A stretch of DNA of 55,093 bases, the filler included, from Piptocephalis cylindrospora (taxonomy: Eukaryota): the NCBI GenBank assembly GCA_003614145.1. It is 3 parts of 3 records of this genome, joined end to end, with 100 filler letters (N's around TTAATTAATTAA, not from the genome) between each part and the next. Parts side by side here need not be neighbours in the genome. Positions count along the whole stretch, not along the records: positions 18,424 to 36,725 come from KZ987839.1; positions 36,826 to 55,093 come from KZ987840.1; 1 more part is not named here. One strand, given 5' to 3'. Numbering within the stretch: the first letter of the stretch is position 1; each line of letters begins with the position of its first letter. Positions 24,347 through 37,454 of this stretch are shown in pieces. The notes under the pieces were generated by a model, which worked only from the letters and a program-made list of their open reading frames with translations, made no database searches and was not told the origin of the DNA. Both the position numbers and the translations under genes were made by a program.

Positions 24347-25480
24347 TCACGGCTGCCGAGGGTCCCGCAGCTCATTCCGTCTCCTCATCTCAATAGCCGT
24401 TTGGTATGCTGGCCGAATGGGCGCTTGAGTGGGTTGTAAAGAAGTGTAGGTCTCCTCATCCTACAGAGTCATGAGCGAGAGAGTAGGGGGTATTGGTTAA
24501 AATGATACCCGAGAGCATGCGCACACCCCCCCTGTATCTCTTCCTTACCCTGATGGGATAAGTCATATCCGAGTCAAATCCTCCAAGATCCCCACACGCC
24601 ACAAAAGGGACAATGACCCTATTGGACCCAACAAGGACATTCTCCTCATCCGTGTACGGGTAGTCCAGTAAGGGATTCATCATTGTTGGAACGTAATCTT
24701 CCGGTGGCTGATAGTTTTGACACACCACAAAGGCCTCTATCAAACGAATGGAGAGAAAAGAGTCAATACCCATCCCCATCCCCATCGCGAGCGCCCACTC
24801 ATCTCCTCTTCCTTACCAATACTAGAATTCCTAGAGGAAAGCGGCTTGGCACAGGTCACCTCGGTAAAGAAAGTCCGGAGCTGCGCGTACAACAGTGAAA
24901 CATCCTTGCCTCGGAAGATCTTGGCCACAAAGGTTCCTCCGGATCGAAGGACATGCGTCGCAATGTTCAGGGCGGCAAGGAGCAATTGAGCCTGGATGTA
25001 CTCATCCATGTCGTGGAGGCCCGTGACATCCGGTGCTCCATCACACACTACCAAATCCGCTCGTTCCCCATCAAAATGCTGGATCACTCCTTCGGCCGTG
25101 CTCTTCTTCGTAATGTCCCCTTGGATCTGCGTGACATGATCCAGCGGCGCCATGGCCTGCAGGTCAATAGCCACAATCTGTGGAGGCTTTCCATCTTCCA
25201 ACGGCTGTAGCTCTCGGCTAAGCACCTGGGACCAACTGCCGGGAGCGGCACATAAATCCACGGCTCTTTGGACGCCTGAGCAGGGGAGGAGGGGTCAAGG
25301 ATGAGTCTTTGAAGAGCGGGGGAGGTCCTTGCTTTTGTCTCTCTCTCTCTCTTAGCTACCTGAAAATAGCCCAAATCGCTCGTCCAGCTGAAGGAGCTTA
25401 AAGGCTGATCGTGCCCTCCAGCCCTGCTCCTTGGCCATACGGTAGTAAATATCTCTTTTATCCTTAGAGGTCTTCCCCAT
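24347..25480 (-). CDS. TRM7: tRNA (cytidine32/guanosine34-2'-O)-methyltransferase Trm7/FTSJ1, 4 exons
   Basis: [105 protein letters not shown]. Confidence 0.97.
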
Positions 25481-25877
25481 GCTGACGTGGATGTGCAAGT
25501 GAGAGCGGGAGTGAATGGGAAGAGAGGAAAAAAAGAAAACTCCAGATGACTCTACTCTTCCAATGCACACGGCAGGGGCTCTACTCAAAGTAGGCAGAAC
25601 GGACCTGGCACAAGCAGCACATCCTCCATGTATGAGAAACAATATGAAATTCCGTTAAAAGGCTTTTAAAATTGGTCGGTAGTTTCAACAGGGAAAAGTT
25701 CCTGGTCATCAATCAATGTGATAAACATCAATACATTTCGCTGCTACTACTATAGCCTGATTGACATGAGTGTCATGTCACATCATGATGGGGTAAGCCT
25801 TTGTCTCGAGGGAAAAATCAACAAGCACCTCCGTTTTATCCCTTCATCCTCCCTGCCCTTTTCAACATTCTATCACC

Positions 25878-26662
25878 ATGCCAAGGTGGATGGACGCGGA
25901 CGCGCCCAACAAAGGTCTAGATGACCTTTTAACCCCAGCGGATCAGGAAGACGACTTTACCGCCGCTCTAGCTGCTCATGCCTCGGCCGCTCAAGCACCA
26001 ACGAACATGCATTCCGGCTCCCGGACCTTCACACGCGATCCCTCCCCCTACTCTTCTCGACGAGGGGCCTCAAGATCCTACGGGCCAAAGCGCTCCAAGC
26101 CCTCTTCAAAGATCTCCAGTGCCCTGATGGACCCTGAAGCCTGGGATGACTCTGCCTTGGTGTCGGCATGGGAGGAAGCTGAACAGGAATATCGTGTAAG
26201 TCATGCATGGGGGACCATAAGATGATGTGGATCCGGCGAATTAACTCCCACCCTTATCAGGAGCATCATGGTATGGATAGGATGGTTAAAGAGAAGATCA
26301 AGGAGGAGAAGGAAAAGAAGGAAGAGAAGAAGGAAGAGAAGGAGGAGGAGGAGGAGGAGGAAGACAAAGATGAGATTCCATGCAACTCGCTTTCAGACGA
26401 GCCAGAATGCCCATCTGACAACACACCAACTCCAGTAGCAACATCCAACAATAGACCAGCCCCCATGGTCCCCCCAATCGATCCAAGTCAATTAGGTGAC
26501 GAATCCCTTTCGAATATGCTCATGGCTTGGTACTATGCAGGTTACTATACTGCTCAATATCAGGTAAGCGGGGGATGTTAAGGCGAGTGAATATGCTTAC
26601 CCAACGAATCACCCTACCCTCTTGTTCACTCATTCATCCTCTAGGCCAGCCAAAGAGAATGA
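25878..26662 (+). CDS. SMN1: Survival motor neuron (SMN)-like protein, Tudor-less fungal type, 3 exons
   Basis: Gemin2-binding motif WDDSALVSAWEEAEQEY and YG-box LSNMLMAWYYAGYYTAQYQ. Divergent from TRM7. Confidence 0.88.
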
Positions 26663-26864
26663 TGATGAGAAAGTCATAGTGAGCGGATGAGAGAAGGGGC
26701 TTTCATCCCATATTTAGCATACATACTCATCGATTCACATTGTCCTGTCAAGTAAATGTCGAGACGGAATAAGATGGATATAAAAGCCTACCCTATCCCA
26801 CACTCTCTCCCATTCTTGTCACATGAATATCCCAAGGGAGATCAAAAAATGGCTCCCCAGAACA

Positions 26865-28097
26865 TCAAAGAGCCATCCATCCAGCAAGGATAGCCATTCC
26901 TGCTAGGAGGATGGGCTGACCAGCGGGGGAGGCAGTGGCTGAGGAGGGGATCGAGCCCTGGGAGGTCTTGTTGGTGTCCGAGGTATTGACTCCGCCCATA
27001 GTGGTGGGGTCTAGAGCGTGTGCCATGATGTGAAGGACACCATTGGCGATGGGGATATCGGCTTGAACAATGGGGACTCCGTTAATCGAGATACTCCCGT
27101 TCTGGGCCTGGCTAAAGCGAAGGCCAGGCAGGCCATCCTGATCTTCATAGGCCACCACTTCAGTGGAATTTTCCTGCGCCATATACGCACGGATCGTATT
27201 CGTGAACAGAGGCCAGTCAGTCGGCCGGAACGTCACATTGAAGTACTTGGCATCAGGATGTGTGGGGGACCCGGGCGAGTTGTTGGGGAAGGCAAGAACA
27301 TTGACGGTGGTTCCGATGGCCGTGTCCAGCTTCTGCACCTTGTTCGCTGCTTGCAACACCCCCAGAGTCGTAGTCAACTTGGTCCGGTTGAGCATCTGGG
27401 AAGCCGGGAGGGGGAGGCGTAAGGGCGCGTTGATCATGTGGATCACACCATTGCGGCACTGGATGTCTTCCTTGACTACCGAGGACGTTCCCGTCCCATG
27501 GCTGATCGTGAGCTGCTTCCCATCCAGGCCCCGGATGAGAACGGGAGAAGCTACGACGGATTGCTTATTGGTGAATAGGCCGAAGCTCCCATCCTGCATC
27601 ATGGTCCCGACGGGCGTATTGTCCTTGGGAAAGTCCTTGGACATGACGATGTGAGGGAGGATGTGATAAGCAGCCAGGGCAAGTTCCCGCTGATTGGCCT
27701 TGGAGGCCGGGGGGTTGCGCATTGTTTCATTTAGCTGACTGGGCAGGGGCATGGGGAGGAAAACGGTTTTCATGGCTTCGTTGGTCGGAGCAAAGATGGT
27801 AAAGTTGTCCCTTCCACTTTGAAGCTGTAGCACGAGCGATGCCTGGGCCGGCTTGGTCAAAAGTCCGTTAAAACCCGAGAGCTCGGGGGTACCCTTGATC
27901 ACGTCCAAGCAAGGTGTGTTTGCAGGGAATTTAGCGGCGGTGGCGGCTAAAGGACGGGCTTGGTTGGCAGGGGCCGAAGCCTGGGGCTGGTTAGGAGAAG
28001 TCGACGCTGGCACGGGCGCCTGAGCCTCCACGGCCGAGTTGGCCAGGGCTAAAGTGGCCAAGAGGAGGACCAGAGTGCGCTGGGTAGGATTGAGCAT
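26865..28097 (-). CDS. Secreted, probably GPI-anchored fasciclin (2x FAS1) adhesion protein
   Basis: Signal peptide. FAS1 H1 motif FTIFAPTNEA, YHIL, and H2 motifs DIQCRNGVIHMINAPL and DIPIANGVLHIMAHAL. Ser/Thr spacer and hydrophobic C-terminal tail. Confidence 0.9.
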   Translation of the reverse strand: MLNPTQRTLVLLLATLALANSAVEAQAPVPASTSPNQPQASAPANQARPLAATAAKFPANTPCLDVIKGTPELSGFNGLLTKPAQASLVLQLQSGRDNFTIFAPTNEAMKTVFLPMPLPSQLNETMRNPPASKANQRELALAAYHILPHIVMSKDFPKDNTPVGTMMQDGSFGLFTNKQSVVASPVLIRGLDGKQLTISHGTGTSSVVKEDIQCRNGVIHMINAPLRLPLPASQMLNRTKLTTTLGVLQAANKVQKLDTAIGTTVNVLAFPNNSPGSPTHPDAKYFNVTFRPTDWPLFTNTIRAYMAQENSTEVVAYEDQDGLPGLRFSQAQNGSISINGVPIVQADIPIANGVLHIMAHALDPTTMGGVNTSDTNKTSQGSIPSSATASPAGQPILLAGMAILAGWMAL

Positions 28098-29382
28098 GAT
28101 GGGCTAGATAGATCAAGGTTGATTTGAAATTGGATGATGTACGGATCAAATGGCGCGCAGCGCTACACTAATCGATATATCAGGATGGATGGGTTGTGGG
28201 GGAAAGAGGGAGTTGGAGGAGAAAGAAGGATCAACCTTAGGAGATATGAGGTGATAGTGTTGGAAGAGGAGCGAGAGGGCGGACCAAGAAGAACGGAGAA
28301 ATAAGGAGGAGGAAGAGGAGGAAGAGGAGAAAATATGGGAGGATTCTATGGGTTTCGGCGGGTGCTGAAGACTCGTTTAATAAGTGAGTGAGAGTGGGAT
28401 CCAGTCTCCAGGGAAGCTCTCAACCCGCCCATACTGAAGAGAAAAGGGTCCGACAGGAGGACCCTTGGAAAGATCCTGTGAGCCTCACAGGGGACAGGCA
28501 GGAGTTTGAAAAGGGCTGTGGGGAGGGAAAGGAGTCGCAAGAGAGAGCGAATGGCTAAATTAGGCCATCAAACACCCATCGGAGTTCAGCGATCTTTCCT
28601 TGGTTAAAGGAGCGGACTTTCAATCGGTGATGCGAACAGCAACATTATGAGGGAAAGATATGGATTTTATGAGACGACCAAGATTAGTAAGGAGTGTTGG
28701 TATCCTCTGGTCTCCACCCACCTCAACCATGCCTAGGTGTAGAAAGCGCTATTTCGGGTAAGGATGGATGCTTCAAGGAAGAGCCACACACCAATAGGCG
28801 TCTTCTTCTATGTGTAAAGCCTGAATGGGTTGACCGAGGCCGAAACAGCATGTTAGTGTATGTAGTATTTTTGACACGAGCAAGGCTGGGGCTTTTCGTC
28901 GGGCCTTTTCCGCCAGAAATGTCATATTCTTTCTTTCACTTCACTTCTCTTGCATATCGTTTTAGCCAAATGACTCATGATTATCGTAGGATAATAAATA
29001 GTCACAGAAGGACTAAATCTATTAAAGCTGGATTGAATTCACCATGGGCATGAGAGCGATTAAATCCGAGGAAAAGAGTCATTCTTTTGTAGAGAAAGCG
29101 TGCTTGGCTATGCATTGTTTCTGCATAATGACGACTCAATATTTACCATCTCGTATGCCTTACCTGGTAGCAGCAGCACCTGTCCACCATCCACCAAAAA
29201 TTACACTTTTGATTAATTATTCCTAAAACATCCCCGGGAGCATCACCAGGGTCACTCTGACCCTGCCCACTGGATCCCACCCTACATCATATCATCATCA
29301 TCATCGTAACATTTGTCTCTCCGCCCTCCTGAGAACTTTCCAATCCTCCCTCCGCCCTCCCCCTCCCATCACTGCCAAACTC

Positions 29383-30563
29383 ATGCTACCATCCGCGCTC
29401 TTACGCATCCTGCCTGGTCTGGCCTTGAGCCTTGCCTGCCTCCTCGGTCCAGCTTGGAGCGCGGCCAAGGAGGATATGGCCTCTTCCCACCTCACCACCA
29501 AGGACCTCACCCATCTTGTGACCCTGACTCCCCGTCAGGGCCTATCTATCACCGGAGAGGACTCTTTCCTAGCCCCCATGCTTATCTCACGTACTCCGGG
29601 CACTGAGCAACATCGTCTGGTCCAGGAGCACATTGTCGAGGTCCTCCAGGACCTAGGCTGGGACCTGAACCTTCGAACCCATGAAGAGCAGACGCCCATG
29701 GGCCGAAAGCCCTTTACTAACATCATCGCCTCCCCTCGCCCCGCCAAGCCTGGGGAAAGACGCGTCATCTTTGCCGCTCACTACGACTCAAAGTACTTTG
29801 AGGAGGGTACCTTCCTGGGTGCAACAGACTCGGCCGTCTCCTGCGCCGTCCTCCTCGATATCGCCACAGCCCTTGGATCCTTCCTTCAGGATCCCTCCAT
29901 TGTGGATCCTGAGGCCCCCTTGCTTCAATTAGTCTTTTTCGATGGAGAAGAAGCCTTTAAGGAATGGACCCGGGAGGATTCTCTTTATGGTTCGAGGTAA
30001 GTCTGATTCTGCCCCCTCCCTGGTTTTAACGTACACTCAAGCCTATTTTCTTCAATAATAACAATAAATATAGGAAACTAGCAGAGGAATGGGATCAGGA
30101 AGGAGTGCTCAAGGACATTGATATGCTTGTCCTCCTGGATCTCTTGGGTTTCCGTAACCAGCACATTCCCAATCTCCAGCCAGGCACGCATCATCAGTAC
30201 AATCAACTTCGTGTCCTGGCCAACCGATTGAGCTCTCAGGGCCATCTCGTCGCCTTGCAGGAGGAGGATAGCCTGGATGATACACCCTACTTTACCACCG
30301 ACACCAATGGCTGGCGTCTTGGTATGGACGATGACCATCGCCCCTTCCTCGAACGGGGTGTGTCCTGTCTCCATGCCATCACCTACCCTTTCCCCACCTT
30401 TTGGCACACCCTGGGTGATGATATCTCCGTCATTGATGAGCCCACCAGCTGGGACACCGCCCTCATCTTCCGGGCTTTTGCCGCCTCCCTCTCTGGCCTG
30501 GGCGACGGGCGGTTAACTCGAGCGGTGGAGGCCACCAAGGTGGCTTTCCACGATGAGCTCTAA
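29383..30563 (+). CDS. Glutaminyl-peptide cyclotransferase (M28 family) with C-terminal HDEL, 2 exons
   Basis: RTPGT, FAAHYDSK, FLGATDSAVSCA, LQLVFFDGEEAF.EW..EDSLYGSR, LVLLDLLG, DDDHRPF, PFPTFWHT.GD. N-terminal signal peptide. Confidence 0.93.
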
Positions 30564-30806
30564 CGAAAGACGTCGATTTGGACTGTGCAGGTCATCAGGA
30601 TAGCTTTCCATGATGGATCGAGATGATAACCACCGATAATAATCTGGAAAGTGATAGTAAAAGAATGGACACCGTCATCTTGGGGAGAAAAGAGAGGAAA
30701 AGACCGGGACAAGACAAATGTATTGAATTACAACAAATGGGAATGGGCTAGAGGCTGAGGCCAGGAGAAAAAAAAGCCTTGTACCATTCCTTGGGATCTT
30801 CCTTCG

Positions 30807-32403
30807 TCACTGAACTCTTTGACGCCTAATCAACCAGGGAAAAAGGGAGAGGCCGGTAAGAGCAGGAAAGTAAACGTAGCCCAATGCATTACCAAACCTA
30901 CTTTTGCTGCTGATTCACTTCAACACGAATCTCGGGAAAGGTGGGAAGCATAGCGGGATCAACCGCTATAAAGATGGACCAGAGGAAAGTGAGTGAATTG
31001 CACATACGCTCCGCCTCATCCTTCAAGTATACCTCGAGGAGACTCATTAAAATAGGGATGTTCCAAGGCTACATCCAAGCTCATCCTCCGAGATGGATCA
31101 TAGGTCAAGAGGCCTTGCAGAAGAGAGATGGTCTTAGAAGACTCGGAGGGAAAGATCTTCCGAAGACTCTCCACCTGTCCCCTGGGCCAGGAGTAGGGAT
31201 GAGGATGCCGTCTCTGAAGATCATTCCATCCCTCCCAGATCCCTTCATGAGGCGGGCCCAACATCCCGACAATCAGGCGAATCTGCTCCAATTCCACCGA
31301 TCCTGGCAAGAGTGGCTGATGACGGAGGAGCTCTGCGACAATACATCCCACAGACCTGGGTAATAGGGAAAAGGGACGTTTTAGCATCATCCCTCTACCT
31401 TACTCTACTTCATGACGTACCATAAGTCGATGGGGAACCCATACGAATCGGCGCCAAAGAGCAGCTCGGGTGCTCGATACCAAAGGGTGACCACCTTGGG
31501 AGAGAGATGTCCCCCAGAATCCTTGGGAACCAGGCGTGCAAGACCAAAGTCGGCAATTTTGAGTATTCCATTCGAGGTCAGAAGGAGATTGGACATCTTG
31601 AGATCCCGATGAATAATACCTAAACGATGGCAATGCGCTAGACCCCGTAGAAGTTGAAGGGTTAAGCACTTGACCTCTGCTCGTGTGTATGGGTTAGGCA
31701 TATGATCCAAGAGGGTGCCCAGGTCCTGGGCGCAGTATTCCATGACCATGTAAAACTCATCTGGTCGACCTCCCACCACCACCTCCTCCACTGACACGAC
31801 ATTTTCATGCCGGATCCGTCGAAGCATGGTAATCTCCCGCATGCTCGAGAGAGGTAGGCCATCCTGCTCCTGGTCCATACGGATCCGCTTCAGGGCACAT
31901 ACCCAACCACCCTTCTTGACTCCGGGAGATTCAGTGCCCGAGAGCCCATCCCTTTCTTGAAACTCCCTAGATCGCTTTCCTCCTCCTCGATCCTTATCCC
32001 GCACCTTGTAAACTACCCCATATGTCCCTTCCCCCACCCTGGATATCTTTTCGAATCGGTCTACTGGCCTACATGTTCCATAGTATGTGGCATCCCTATC
32101 AACTTGAAGCGAGTGACCCTGCGGAGAGCGGTAGACCCCTAGAGCTGTTGGGAAGGTCCGTGGTGTTTGAGAGGTCTGGGAACTCTGGGACGGTCGAGGA
32201 GGTTGGGAGGGCTGAGAAGATTGGGAAGACTCGGAAGGCTGGAGAGACCCAGACGATTCAGAAGATCGAGATGATGCCAGAGAAGGTAGAGCAGATAATT
32301 GGGAGGAGGAAGCAGATTGGTAAGCCTTGATCTTGGAGGGGATATCCTCCGTCCCACCACTCTGGTCGGAAGCATCCACAGCGGCCGAGGTTGGAGGGAC
32401 CAT
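30807..32403 (-). CDS. CDK10: Cyclin-dependent kinase 10-like (CDK10/11 group) Ser/Thr kinase
   Basis: GTCRPVDRFEKISRVGEGTYGVVY, DGLPLSSMREI, MEYCAQDL, HRDLKMSNLLL, DFGLAR, PKVVTLWYRAPELLFG and PAMLPTFP. The exact last exon is uncertain (alternative stop near 30898). Confidence 0.85.
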
Positions 32404-33276
32404 GTTGAGAGTAGGGGAAGAAGAGGAGGAACGGGATGGAAGAGGAGGAACGGAATGTAATAGAACGGAAAAGGGCAAAGTAAGGGCATTCAACGAGCCT
32501 TTATCTGTCGGATGAATGCATTGTTGTTTATGCCCTGGATGTATCGGCTAAATGGCATGGTGCCTGGTTCGGGGGGGCGCATCGGTAATACATACCCTGG
32601 TCCAGGGTACAGTCATCGTCTACATCACGCCCCCATTTTCCGGTGTGAGTGAGGCAAATCAAACCAGCATTCTGACTACAAGGTAGTAGTAGTATTAGTA
32701 GTAAACAGCGGATTGTTATTGGGGAAAATTACAATCTTCCCTTTTTCCTAAAAGGCTTCATAATAGGTCAAGTTCAAAAAGGTTCAGAAACTTTCCTCAC
32801 AATAGCGTTGCTTCCTCCATAGATCGTCCGATCCCTCCTATCTTCTTTAGTTCCCTCCACTTCTCCTCCCATTTCCCCATCGTTCCCCTTTCAATGGCCG
32901 TCCTCCTTTTGGCCCTCATCAGCATCCGAAGCATCATTCGTAATTTTTGACTATAAGGAATTTCAGCATTGTGGAAGGATGCCAAGATGAAATAGTGGAT
33001 TTAAAAGAGATAAATTTCATGGAAATAAACAGATCTGAGTATTTCTGTGCTGGCCTCTGGCCGTCAAATTCTCCACCATGTCAATATTCAAAGCAAAAGT
33101 ACTTTTATTCCAACCCATCAAAAAGAGCCTTCCGATATCACAGCGGTCGCGCCCAGCAGAAGTATTGATCTGGTGCACGAAAGCAAAGATAGAGTCCAAG
33201 GCACTTGTGTTAGCGCGTGTTCTTTCCCCCTTCTACTCTTCATTCCCATCCTCCAGGCTCATTCCCCAACAGCACC

Positions 33277-33714
33277 ATGCCCTTCTACGAGCTTGTTTGC
33301 ATCTCTAGAGCCCCCATGCTGCCGGTAAGCCGTGGAGAGCGATATTTCCTCACTCGCACTCTTATCTTGTCCCCATCCCCTCTCATCCCATTCTTACCCC
33401 TTTCCCTCAAATAGGAAGCCATAAACAGCCTCCTTAGGTCAACGGCCACCGCCGTCATGTCCAACGGAGGGGTGGTGCGGCAGTTTAGGAACTATGGGGC
33501 AAAGGATCTCCCCTTCCTCATGAAGCGACACGGGTCATACCACGCACATGGTCACACTTGGCTCATGCTCTTTGACGCAAACCCCAGCACTGTTGGTATC
33601 CTGGACCGACAGCTGCGTCTGGATGCCCGAATCATCCGAAGTACCGTGGTAAAGCTGGGTGAACGATTGGAGGATGTTATTGAACGACCCGAGCAAGCGG
33701 AAGAATTGAAATAG
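33277..33714 (+). CDS. MRP17: Mitochondrial ribosomal protein bS6m (Mrp17/MRPS6), 2 exons
   Basis: MPFYELVCISR...|...NGGVVRQFRNYG.KDLPFLMKRH...WLMLFDANP...LRLDARIIRSTVVKLG. Confidence 0.9.
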
Positions 33715-33893
33715 ATGATGTGTGATTGCCCAGGATGGTGATTTTTCTTACCAAATTTTTCTGTATGCTCCTTTTAAACACTCCTCAAGGCTTGATAAAG
33801 ACATGCTCTCCATTGCAAACAGAAGAAGGATATATCATCATCTCGAATCAAGAGCCGCACCCAAAGCAATGCCCCCCCCCTCCTCCTGGATTA

Positions 33894-35453
33894 TCACTGA
33901 TAGGTCATGGGACGGTACTCACGAAGAAGAACCGGGACACTGGAGCAGGGAACAGGGCCTACATCGGTGATCAAGACACCCACCCAGTCCACTGGGGTAA
34001 CATCGTACATCAGATTCAATACCTCAAGTCCCGGCCTCTCCTCCCATCCCTCCAGGGGAGCCTTTGCTTCAGGCTGAGCTGTGGCATCCCTCTTCTGCTT
34101 GACCAAAAGCTCCGCAGGTCCAATCTCATTGTGGACATAGGCGTCCAACTGGACACGCTCAGTCATCTTGTATGTCTCGGCACACACTACCACAGGTACA
34201 CGACGACCCTTGGCCGCCAGGGCCACAGCCGCCATACCTACCCGACCCAGGATGGCCCCATTGCCAAGAATGGCATGAGCCCCAAAGAGCACCTTGGTGG
34301 CTTCCTCCATGATGTACGATAGGCCGTGAATCTCTGTGTACAGCACTTGGATTCCCTTGTCTGATAGGATCTTGGCAAGCCATCGGCCTATGTGCGAAGG
34401 GATGGTCAGAATGCAATCTCAGTCTCTCTCTCTCCTTTCCTCCCAAACATATGCATGCTCAACCAGCACATACCCTCATTTAGTGGCCTTCCATCAATGA
34501 CAATGACACGGAATTGCCGGCCTTGACGGTGGGCCTCAAGCAAGGTACGCTCTACAATGGAGGATCGACCGTACACGGCAATGACGTCCCCATCGATGAT
34601 ACGGTCCAGCGCGGCCTCCATGATCTCCTGGTCGGCGAGGGTGATACGCTCGCGGATAAAATCATCGATTCGTTGGATGAGATGCTCCTTGGACTGATCC
34701 TCAGACCACTCCGGGGGTAGGATGGAAATTTCGTACTTGACGTAACGAATAGCGTTGCCCATCCCCACGGACATGGGGCGCATGGAGACAAGGAAGGTAA
34801 TTTGAGGAGAGAGGTGAGTGGGGAGATGGCGGGGCATAACCGAGTGCTCCGGGGTCTGGTAATCCTGGATAACGCGCTTAAAGCCCGTGAGCATAGCCAC
34901 GCATCGAGCATTCCCTCCGCAAATACGTCGTTGCTTGTAGAGTAGGCCCAGTTGAAGGATAGCTGGGTGCACCTCCCGACCGGCCAGATGGGTCTCCCCC
35001 TTGGCCTGTTCAATATGCGAGAGAAGACTAGCCTGTTCCCAGTATTCGTTCCGAGAGTAGCTCGTGGAGGTTGATGCGGTGGAAGTGGGAGCAGTAGGGG
35101 TAATTGGGATGGTGGGGGTACCACTAGTCTTACCCGCCCCTGACTTGCCGTGGCCCGACCTTACGCTGGGAGGACCATTTCCACTGCCCCCAGACGAGGC
35201 CGGAGAACCACCACCTCCCCGTTCAGCAAGTACAGCTGCTCTACGAGCTTGTTTCTCCGCTCTTTGTTGGTCCTGGGATGGACGGAGGGTGTGAGTGGAG
35301 GATGGGGAAAGATGATTAGGGTGTGGACACGTCTGTTCCTACCTGAAGAGCCTTTCTCTCCGCCTTGGTCATATCCTTTTGAGACTTTTTCACCGCGGGC
35401 ACAGCGGTACCATCCATAGCAGGGCTTGGAGGAACGGAATTTTGGTTAGGCAT
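33894..35453 (-). CDS. GCD2: Translation initiation factor eIF2B delta subunit, 3 exons
   Basis: MTKAERKALQ|DQQRAEK, VHPAILQLGL, ICGGNARCVAML.GF, RPMSVGMGNAIR, FRVIVIDGRPLNEG, VLFGAHAILGNG, VCAETYKMTERVQLD, LNLMYDVTP, PCSSVPVLLRE. Confidence 0.96.
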
Positions 35454-36451
35454 GTCGTCCTAAGGAGTGCACGAGCAAAAAAAGGTGAGATGGAAGGGGA
35501 TGAAAGGCAGAAGCGACTGGGAGAAAGAATGAGTGTGCTGTTAAAACACAGGGATACGTAGGGTATATGTGTGTGCAAGTGGATGTGGCGGGGTACGCGC
35601 TGACTCTAGGGGATAATACTACAGTGGACGAGTATTATTATATTTGGGCGCTAGATGATGGTTGAATGAATAGGAATGATCTCTAACTTTCAAGATGAAG
35701 TTCCCGCTATTTCATGTAATGCTACATGGAACATGCTACAGATTCGGCTACATATTCTGAAGAAAACAATAACAACAATATACCTCCTTCATGCGCCCCC
35801 CTTTAAGCAGTATACATACAGGACGAGAGTCATCCCTCGCTCTTGTCATTCACCCCTGATCTATCCTAGAGAATGGGAAGAAGAATAAAACCTGGGACAC
35901 ACCCCGCCATTCCCTCATGAACAGCGTAAGTCAGAGACACCTTCACACACTTGTCCCCTTGGTTTCCTGGGAAGGGAGTATTCCTGCCCTCACTCCCTGG
36001 CCACCGTCGACCTCGTCACTAACCTTGGCAACCTACTCCCCATGTCCTTACGCCGTCCATTCACCTCCTACTTCATCGTGGAGGAGAGCCTTAATGTATT
36101 GAATAGCTGGCAGGCAAGGGCGCCCTTAGTCATTGCTTTACCATTCATCTTCCTCTGAGGAGGGGTACATGATCCATGGACCTTGGATGGATCTGAAGGA
36201 ATGCAGATACATCAACCATCCCTTCTTCACCTCCTCCCTCGTCTTTTGGACCGCATTACCATTTAGAATCGCCTCTTCCTCCTTCTTCCTTCGTTTCTTC
36301 CTCCGTACCCTCCACAACATTTACTGTATACATCCTTACCCTTTCCTTCTCCCTCTCCTGACCCGACCAAGACGATCCATCCCATCTCCCTCAGCTCTCT
36401 GGAAGCGCTTTTCCTCCCTCAACCATCCCCATCTAAACAACGTTGATAGAT

Positions 36452-36725
36452 ATGTCCCATTCTCCTCACCCATTGGCCCGAGGCGTGAAACCCCGATGGG
36501 CCCACACAACAACCCGATTGAATGATACGCTGTACATCATTGGCGGAATGACCGATCCCTCGATCGCATCCAGCCTCAATACTAATGTCGGAGCAAAGAA
36601 AGGAATAAAGGAGACAGGGGCAATGGAGAAAGGGGAGGAGGAGGAAGAGGAAGGAACCTATGCGTCCCAGATTCTCACTCTAGCTTTGGGTCGATCCTTA
36701 CACTTTCCCCACCCACCCGTCCGAC
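36452..36725 (+). CDS. Kelch-repeat protein, 5' fragment truncated by contig end
   Basis: PRWAHTTTRLNDTLYIIGG is a kelch-type blade motif. The ORF runs into the N spacer. Confidence 0.55.
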
Positions 36726-36825
36726 NNNNNNNNNNNNNNNNNNNNNNNNNNNNNNNNNNNNNNNNNNNNTTAATTAATTAANNNNNNNNNNNNNNNNNNN
36801 NNNNNNNNNNNNNNNNNNNNNNNNN
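36726..36825. other. Artificial 100-nt contig-joining spacer
   Basis: Same N-TTAATTAATTAA-N structure as 18324-18423. Confidence 0.98.
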
Positions 36826-37188
36826 CCTTTTTCCTCACTACTCTAAATACTTTCGCAAATCCGTCCCTGGGATCCTTGTATTTCTAGCATACGCTTTTAA
36901 GCAAGCAGAGGTAAGTTCAATCCTATGCTCTACATCCCCCCATTTGCCTTGCCCTATCTTCTCAGCCTGGTACGATTGAGAATTATGGTTCCAGTACTGT
37001 TCGGTATAGCGTATTGTATTATGTGCTGTTTCCTATGTTGGTACTACAACAATTTGCGTGATATAAGATCTGTGTCTGAAAAAGTATTCAGGGCAATAAA
37101 AAATGCCTCTTCTTTCTCTTCATATCGGCGAGCTGACTATCAACACCTAGAAATAGCCTCAAGACAGTACCATGGAAGTGGTTCCTAA
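36826..37188 (+). CDS. 3' fragment of a putative membrane protein (5' end missing)
   Basis: Apparent intron (gtaagt at 36911 ... ctcag) followed by the hydrophobic IMVPVLFGIAYCIMCCFLCWYY and a short tail. Confidence 0.35.
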
Positions 37189-37454
37189 TCAACACAATCA
37201 ATGGCGTTGAAGAATGGCTCATCCCTTTCAATAAAGACAAATCAAGAGGAGTACTTGTAAAATAAGTACCCTACTCGCCTAGATAAATTGAATGTGGAAT
37301 AGGGATGGATCGAGGACAACATGCTTCATTGTACATTTATACTCCCCTTACATACACTATCATAGGCATGCACCCTTCCATCTTGCTTTTGACATCAAAG
37401 CCTCGTAATACTCCCGATAACCCTGGCCTAGGCCCTAAGATATAGAGAGAGGAA

